DNA from: a virus
IMG/VR virus record: IMGVR_UViG_3300008267_000019
Coordinates: 20,122 to 84,121 of that record
Reading direction: 5' to 3' (one strand)
DNA length: 64,000 nucleotides
Shown here one piece after another: positions 58,937-64,000 of this stretch. Both the position numbers and the translations under genes were made by a program. Positions within the stretch are counted from its first letter, which is position 1. Each line of letters begins with the position of its first letter. Under the pieces are notes generated by a model. It saw nothing but the letters and a program-made list of their open reading frames with translations, was not told where the DNA came from and searched no databases.

Positions 58937-59016
58937 TAATAAAGAGGTTGGGCCCCTAGAGTCTTACTTTGTCTAGACTTCTCCCAGGAGATCTCTTACC
59001 CACAACCTCTTTATTA
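58937..59016. ncRNA. Putative structured RNA / multibranch hairpin
   Basis: 14-bp closing stem TAATAAAGAGGTTG/CAACCTCTTTATTA enclosing smaller hairpins (AGTCT/AGACT, CTCC/GGAG). Confidence 0.4.
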
Positions 59017-59034
59017 ATAATTAAGCTATAATAG

Positions 59035-59187
59035 TTATTCTTCTATGAGCATTGGTGCTAACATAGCTCCCCAAAATGCACATGATATTCCTATAGAAAA
59101 TAATATATCATGTCCCATAGAATATAATGCTCCCATGAACACACCCAGTGTTCCGACAGCAATACTGTAGTCTAAATACTTTTTCAT
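59035..59187 (-). CDS. Two-TM micro-protein, 50 aa (not in ORF track)
   Basis: MKKYLDYSIAVGTLGVFMGALYSMGHDILFSIGISCAFWGAMLAPMLIEE*. Confidence 0.6.
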   Translation of the reverse strand: MKKYLDYSIAVGTLGVFMGALYSMGHDILFSIGISCAFWGAMLAPMLIEE

Positions 59188-59189
59188 AA

Positions 59190-59336
59190 TTATGCTTTTA
59201 CTGTGTTAGTACTGGCTAAAAGAAATATAGCTGATAAAGCTAATACATAGTCTCCTATAGGATTACCAAAGAAACTGATAAATCCTCCTAAGAATAACAT
59301 GCTAGCAAGGATTACTGTTAAGATATTTGATCTCAT
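59190..59336 (-). CDS. Two-TM micro-protein, 48 aa (not in ORF track)
   Basis: MRSNILTVILASMLFLGGFISFFGNPIGDYVLALSAIFLLASTNTVKA*. Confidence 0.6.
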   Translation of the reverse strand: MRSNILTVILASMLFLGGFISFFGNPIGDYVLALSAIFLLASTNTVKA

Positions 59337-59491
59337 ACTTTAATTAATTTATAAGTTATTACAAAAGCAAATGAAGCTAATACAAGCTCTATAGATGCCA
59401 TAAATTTAGTAGCTGAATCTTCACAAGCTAATGCTATGCATAAAGAACTACCTGTGCATAGTGTGAATAATAACATGAGTGCTGTTTTCAT
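59333..59491 (-). CDS. Two-TM micro-protein, 52 aa (not in ORF track)
   Basis: MKTALMLLFTLCTGSSLCIALACEDSATKFMASIELVLASFAFVITYKLIKV*; ATGA overlap with the next gene. Confidence 0.6.
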   Translation of the reverse strand: MKTALMLLFTLCTGSSLCIALACEDSATKFMASIELVLASFAFVITYKLIKV

Positions 59492-59776
59492 AATGTTTTA
59501 GTTTTAAAGATTAATAAATTAAAAAAGCATAGGCAAACCTAACCCTTAAATCCTATGCGTGTACCTTTGAGAAAAATAGGATAAACTGTATGTAACCAGT
59601 GACAGAGGTACTTTTATGCTTGGTTGATTAGACCTTCTAGTTGGCATTAGCAACAAAGTTACGAACCTAAGATCTCTTAGGAAACTGTTTTACCGATAAC
59701 TCTTTTAGTCAGGGTTCGCTTCGAGGGTATCACCCTGCCTGACAGTATAATAATTAAGTTTCTATAAGTTAAATAG

Positions 59777-59890
59777 TACTCTCACAAGGTTGCAACCCTT
59801 GTACCCCAATTATTTAAGCGAGTTGCTAAGGACATGCGGTTCTGCCCTATTAGTACTGCAATTCCTTGCACCTGCAATTGGATGAGAGTA
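59777..59890 (-). ncRNA. Putative structured ncRNA with a tRNA-like acceptor/T-arm stack
   Basis: - strand: TACTCTC/GAGAGTA closing stem, ACAAGG-GTTGCAA-CCTTGT arm, CCAATT/AATTGG stem, TGCAA-GGAA-TTGCA GNRA hairpin and AGGGCA/TGTCCT hairpin. Confidence 0.5.
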
Positions 59891-60124
59891 AATAAATAGC
59901 ACATATCGTATGATACATGCTATTATACATTTAGCCATAACATATATAATGTTAGACTAATCACGCATAATTATGCGTTAGGGTTACGAGTCCAAGACAA
60001 AATAGTAACCACACCTGATAAGATGATGTTTGTTTCCATGTTGCTGAGTATTAAGCAGTTACATAAGAAAAAAAGACTACACTCACGTAGTATTCACGGC
60101 TTATTATAAGCAATATTAAACAAG

Positions 60125-60141
60125 AAAAAGCCCGAAGGCCT
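60125..60141 (-). terminator. Intrinsic terminator with cUUCGg tetraloop
   Basis: - strand AGGCC-TTCG-GGCTT-TTT immediately after ORF 60147..60449. Confidence 0.7.
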
Positions 60142-60146
60142 GCTCA

Positions 60147-60449
60147 TTAGAACAGGTCCTCGATGCTTCCGCGTTGGTTCTCGCCACCGCCTATGAGCTT
60201 GATACGTTCCTCGCCCGCAGCGTTAGTAACCGTAGCAATCTTACAGCCGTGCTCCTTGATTACTTGACCAACGCTGTCACCTTCCGCAATTTTCTCGGTC
60301 ATAGCCTGAGAGAAATATACGTTAGTGGCTTCGTTGTCGAAGTTCATGAAGGTTACGAATAGATATCCGTTAGAGTTAGCACGAACTTTAAGAGCGTACT
60401 CCTTAATGTTATTAGCTTGTGCGAATTCCTTGATAGTTAGAGTTTCCAT
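60147..60449 (-). CDS. First gene of the leftward (early) arm, hypothetical
   Basis: 100 aa; visibly higher GC with many C/G-ending codons; flanked by the control region and a terminator. Confidence 0.7.
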   Translation of the reverse strand: METLTIKEFAQANNIKEYALKVRANSNGYLFVTFMNFDNEATNVYFSQAMTEKIAEGDSVGQVIKEHGCKIATVTNAAGEERIKLIGGGENQRGSIEDLF

Positions 60450-60886
60450 GACGTGTGTTTTAAAGGGTTAATATTATCCAGGGGGGTTCGTTCCCGTCCT
60501 AAAATTTAGTAGGGGCTGTAGGTATAGGTGGTAACCACGTCCTTAATTTCTAAGACAAAAAAAATTTTGGAAAAAAAATAAAAAAATAAAAAGTTTATAG
60601 TGCAATCTGTGCCTATAATTGTATAGGTACAGGTCGCACCTATTTCATAGGTTTACCTATACAATGTTTTAAAAATGCAAATACTTAATTATCAGCGAAT
60701 TAGCGATTTTTACTATAGGTTTGCGGTGGCGGCTAATATACCTGGAGTTATAGTAGTGTCATACCTCCAGGGGTATGTTGTTACTATACCTAGAGTTATA
60801 GTAAGCTTCATAACTAAAATATTTTATAATATCAAGAAATAATTAATTTATTTTTTAACTATTTTCTTTAAAGAAATTAGGTAACT
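60450..60886. promoter_or_regulatory. Divergent non-coding control region (possible origin, genome end or early promoter)
   Basis: Strand switch point with G-runs, long A/T tracts, repeated (T)ATAGGT/ACCTAT palindromic elements and a 19-bp direct repeat. Confidence 0.55.
60737..60803 (+). repeat. 19-bp direct repeat flanking a short inverted repeat
   Basis: TATACCTGGAGTTATAGTA (60737) and TATACCTAGAGTTATAGTA (60785), 18/19 identical, with CATACC/GGTATG between them. Confidence 0.75.
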
Positions 60887-60889
60887 TTG
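60882..60889 (+). promoter_or_regulatory. Bacteroidota -7 promoter element (TAnnTTTG)
   Basis: TAACTTTG about 25 nt upstream of the ATG at 60914. Confidence 0.5.
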
Positions 60890-60913
60890 GGAACGAACAC
60901 TAAACCCTCTTTT

Positions 60914-61693
60914 ATGAGTGTACGCAAAAGATTATTTTACGATATAGAAGTTTCCTATTTTATTGTTAGTGCATGGAGACTTGGATACAAACAAGCAATA
61001 CATCCGCATCAAGTAATTAAATACCCCCAAATAATCTGTGTTTGTTGGAAGTGGGAAGGCGAAGATAAAATACACTCACTTACTTGGGACGATGAACAAT
61101 CAGATATTAATCTAATAAAAACTTTTGTAGAAGAATTAAATAAAGCAAATCAAATAGTTGCCCATAACGGAGATAGGTATGATTTAAAATGGTTACGAAC
61201 AAGAGCCATAGATAATGAAATATTTATGAGACCTAGATATGAAACTATTGATACTCTTAAAATAGCCAAAGCACAATTTAATTTTGCATCTAATAAACTG
61301 GATGAATTAGGAAAGTTTTTAAAAATTGGCAAAAAGATAGAAATAGACTATTCTTTATGGGATGATATATGTCAACATAAATCACCAGAGGCTTTAGAAA
61401 AAATGGTAGAATACTGCAAACAAGATGTAGTACTACTAGAAAATGTTTATAATAAATTAAGACCTTACTCCAAACATAACTTTAACTACGGTAAACTTTA
61501 CGGTGACGACAATTGGGCATGTCCAGAATGCGGAAATCTAAATGTAAGAGTAACCAAAACCTATACTACTTCTATGGGTGTCCGTAGATATTACTTAATA
61601 TGCAGAATAAATAAATGCATAACTCATTACCCTGTAAGTAATAAAACTTACCTAGCCATGATGCGATGGCGAGTAGAAAATAATATTTCCTAA
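60914..61693 (+). CDS. DnaQ/RNase H-fold 3'-5' exonuclease with a C-terminal Zn ribbon
   Basis: FYDIE, AHNGDRYD, IDTL, SNKLD and YCKQDV motifs; CPECG...C....C. ATG 60914 preferred over the TTG at 60887, which overlaps the promoter box. Confidence 0.8.
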   Translation: MSVRKRLFYDIEVSYFIVSAWRLGYKQAIHPHQVIKYPQIICVCWKWEGEDKIHSLTWDDEQSDINLIKTFVEELNKANQIVAHNGDRYDLKWLRTRAIDNEIFMRPRYETIDTLKIAKAQFNFASNKLDELGKFLKIGKKIEIDYSLWDDICQHKSPEALEKMVEYCKQDVVLLENVYNKLRPYSKHNFNYGKLYGDDNWACPECGNLNVRVTKTYTTSMGVRRYYLICRINKCITHYPVSNKTYLAMMRWRVENNIS

Positions 61694-61751
61694 CTATCAA
61701 TTTTAAATACTCTACTATAAAATTTGGATAGTAAAATATTAATTATGATAT

Positions 61752-62081
61752 TTGTACTATCAAATATGTATATTTGTAATGTATAGTAGATACCGAAAAG
61801 GAAGAAAAATGGTAATGGTGTATTTAGATACAAAGGATAGTATATTATTAAAATCTAATGATAGGACGTTTCATGTGTTGTATTATATACTAAGACAAAC
61901 AAACTTTGAAACTAACCTATGGTATGCTGATAAGATTAACAAGACTTTTATCATGAATAAATTAGGCATATCAGTACCAGCATTAGACAAACATATTGCT
62001 AGCTTAAAAGAAAGAGAATTTATTAGACCTGCAGAAGTGCGGGGACGGTATAGGATTAATTTAGAATTATTATCCACTTAG
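61752..62081 (+). CDS. Winged-HTH DNA-binding protein (RepL-like)
   Basis: IMNKLGISVPALDKHIASLKEREFI....RGRYRIN; true start is probably a downstream ATG after TATATTTG at 61769. Confidence 0.6.
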   Translation: MYYQICIFVMYSRYRKGRKMVMVYLDTKDSILLKSNDRTFHVLYYILRQTNFETNLWYADKINKTFIMNKLGISVPALDKHIASLKEREFIRPAEVRGRYRINLELLST

Positions 62082-62089
62082 CTACTAGG

Positions 62090-62305
62090 GTGAAAATTGG
62101 AGAGTTTATATCAAGTAATTTTTGGAGAGTAATTACACGTCAACAGGGTCTGAAAAAAGATTTTAAAAATTATTGTGAGCATCACGATAAAACTTTAAAA
62201 ACTAAAATATTAATGACAGCGTCAGATCCTGTTGAATTTATTTTAGAAATTTATATTAATAACAAAACAAAAAATGGGAACAACGGAGAAATTAAAAGTT
62301 GCTAA
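62090..62305 (+). CDS. Hypothetical protein
   Basis: 71 aa ORF with GTG start. Confidence 0.4.
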   Translation: MKIGEFISSNFWRVITRQQGLKKDFKNYCEHHDKTLKTKILMTASDPVEFILEIYINNKTKNGNNGEIKSC

Positions 62306-62660
62306 AGAAATACTAGCAACTAGTTTTATGACTGCTACTGAAAAATCTTTAGCTAGCGGTCTGCAATATAAATATAATTCTTATCCAGTAGAAGATAAAA
62401 ACTTCAGAGGATGGGTAGTAGATATCATAGTTAAGGAAGCAGGGTATGGAGAACATACTATACAGCAATTTAAGTACACATGGCCAAATAATATTGACCC
62501 TAAGAACTTAGAGTATAATGTCATATTAGACGTAATATCTAATCTAACACAGGGATGTTTAATATCTTGGTATGAAGTAGCTAAGTTTTTAGCAAGTGAT
62601 AGTGAAATCCAAAAGAAAATTATAGATGAAGCAAAAGAAGATAATATCGCTTCCTACTAA
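62274..62660 (+). CDS. Hypothetical protein
   Basis: 128 aa ORF in the operon. Confidence 0.55.
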   Translation: MGTTEKLKVAKEILATSFMTATEKSLASGLQYKYNSYPVEDKNFRGWVVDIIVKEAGYGEHTIQQFKYTWPNNIDPKNLEYNVILDVISNLTQGCLISWYEVAKFLASDSEIQKKIIDEAKEDNIASY

Positions 62661-63228
62661 TCAGGAAAAGATATACAGACAGATACTTGCTTTCATGAAT
62701 TTTATGCTAAATCTTACGCCACAGGAACGTGATGTATTAGCAGAATTAATAAAGCTAGATAATGAGTATGAAGCTTTGCCTCCTGACAAACGTGCTAGGT
62801 TTATCTTATCTACTGATATGCGCAAAGAAATACGTGAAAAACTTTCTATAGAAGAAAAACAATTTAATGTAATATTATCCAGGCTAAAAAATCCTAAGAA
62901 ATCTTTCATGGGCAAAGCACTTATCGACGAGAATAACATTATTCATCCAGAATTAAAATTCAAACCAGACCAAGATGGATTTAGATTCGAGGTCAACTTT
63001 GTTAACACTATTACTATTCCTAAACCGTCTAAAACTTTTACAGAAGAATTAGATGAAGATATAATAGAAAAGCACGAAGAAGAAACTCAAGTTCTTACTA
63101 AAGAACTAGACATGGTTATGGAGCACGCTAAAGCTGCAGTTAATGCAACACGAGACATTGACGCTTCTAAAGCACCTGTAATTATAGAAGAAGACTTTGA
63201 CATAACTATTAATCTTCCTGATGAATAA
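62626..63228 (+). CDS. wHTH-like protein with acidic tail
   Basis: LTPQERDVLAELI...RKEIREKLSI....FNVILSRLK pattern. Confidence 0.55.
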   Translation: MKQKKIISLPTNQEKIYRQILAFMNFMLNLTPQERDVLAELIKLDNEYEALPPDKRARFILSTDMRKEIREKLSIEEKQFNVILSRLKNPKKSFMGKALIDENNIIHPELKFKPDQDGFRFEVNFVNTITIPKPSKTFTEELDEDIIEKHEEETQVLTKELDMVMEHAKAAVNATRDIDASKAPVIIEEDFDITINLPDE

Positions 63229-63502
63229 ACAAGAAGAGATATTATTAGAACTTGCTCGCAAACACGGCATAAATATTTTACAAGCCAGGGAGATATTTAA
63301 TTTATTTGGTAGTACTATAGCAGATATAATAAGTGATCCTGATAAAAAAGAAGATAACTTATATAACCCTGATAAGTTTAAAGTAATACACATAGATCAT
63401 TTTGGTAAGTTTATACCCAACCAGCGCAAAATACGACATGCAAATTTTTGCTTAACAAATAAAAATAAACAAGATGACAACACCGATGAACATAACATTT
63501 GA
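63221..63502 (+). CDS. IHF/HU-like protein
   Basis: ILLELARKHGI...AREI helices followed by IHIDHFGKF. Confidence 0.6.
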   Translation: MNKQEEILLELARKHGINILQAREIFNLFGSTIADIISDPDKKEDNLYNPDKFKVIHIDHFGKFIPNQRKIRHANFCLTNKNKQDDNTDEHNI

Positions 63503-63689
63503 AATTAAAATTCAAGATAACTTAGAACACACAGTGCCTGTAACTTTCTATCACATAGATGCAATACACCCTAGTGAAAATAATCATGCAGTAATAATAT
63601 CAGGAGGAAAAGAATGGCATTCAACTAGTACTTATCCAGAGATATGGGATAAAATTAAAAAACATTTAGATGAAAACTCCACACGATAA
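63474..63689 (+). CDS. Hypothetical protein
   Basis: 71 aa ORF overlapping both neighbours. Confidence 0.5.
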   Translation: MTTPMNITFEIKIQDNLEHTVPVTFYHIDAIHPSENNHAVIISGGKEWHSTSTYPEIWDKIKKHLDENSTR

Positions 63690-64000
63690 TAACTATTGGG
63701 AACTAAACTCTGAAGTATTAATACTAGAGGAGTTTAATAAGTTCTACAATAACGATAGTTCTAAAAATAAACAAGAAAGCTCAAAAATACTTTGGGCTAT
63801 TTTTTATGCATTTCACCCAGAGTCTAAGTTTTTTAACTATCCTAATAAACTAGAAGTACTAGCTAAAGATTTTATTAAAGACCCTAAGTTTAAATGGGAA
63901 AAGATTTCTAACTTAACAGAAGCTTTTAAGAATCTAGTACTATCAGATGTAGAAAGAGCGTTAGTTAATTGGAACGAAATTATGACAATGAGAGATACTT
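63670..64000 (+). CDS. Conserved crAss-like protein, 3' truncated (possibly packaging/terminase region)
   Basis: Open frame from ATG 63670 to the window end: MKTPHDNNYWELN...D.SKNK..SSKILWAIF. Confidence 0.55.
   Translation, partial: MKTPHDNNYWELNSEVLILEEFNKFYNNDSSKNKQESSKILWAIFYAFHPESKFFNYPNKLEVLAKDFIKDPKFKWEKISNLTEAFKNLVLSDVERALVNWNEIMTMRDT

Noticed and set aside
59777-59890. Canonical tRNA or SAM-I riboswitch
   Set aside because: No D-arm, anticodon arm or TTC loop. The SAM-like words (CTCATCC, GCAAC, GATGAGAG) are not in a consistent order on one strand, and no methionine-related gene follows.
60600-60810. CRISPR array
   Set aside because: Only two near-identical 19-bp copies, no series of repeats with unique spacers and no cas genes.
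1-64000. Stop-codon reassignment as in some crAss-like phages
   Set aside because: Multi-kilobase ORFs are intact in the standard code, and TAA, TAG and TGA all end genes at tight gene junctions.
1-64000. Prophage or mobile-element features (integrase, transposase, att sites)
   Set aside because: None recognised; the whole window is phage-like with no host genes flanking it.

Overview
About 64 kb of an AT-rich, lytic crAss-like (Crassvirales-type) podophage genome read in the standard genetic code. The host is most likely Bacteroidota, inferred from TAnnTTTG promoter boxes, A-rich starts without Shine-Dalgarno motifs and SusC-type motifs. Positions 1-35.8 kb (+) carry a lysis/tail block (peptidoglycan enzyme, ring proteins, IHF-like protein, tail stabilisation/muzzle protein) and then six very large virion cargo proteins. 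These include a two-barrel virion RNA polymerase split into two genes with a ferritin gene between them. Positions 35.8-60.4 kb (-) carry the replication module (PolA, DnaB, DnaG, SF2 helicase, Sak4-like ATPase, PD-(D/E)XK nuclease, RusA-like resolvase, MoxR-type ATPase/vWA pair, SPL-like radical SAM), followed by small early genes and a hairpin-rich non-coding region. After a divergent control region at 60.45-60.9 kb, + strand genes resume. The most striking signal is in the three largest cargo proteins (5,871 aa together): by my read they contain only four cysteines, all at the adjoining termini, suggesting a head-to-tail linked injection chain with portable docking ends. Other notable cargo features are about 26 [FYM]xxGG motifs, TonB-box-like motifs, an ADP-ribosyltransferase domain, a Nudix domain and a zincin domain. 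All family assignments come from motif recognition by eye; no searches were run.
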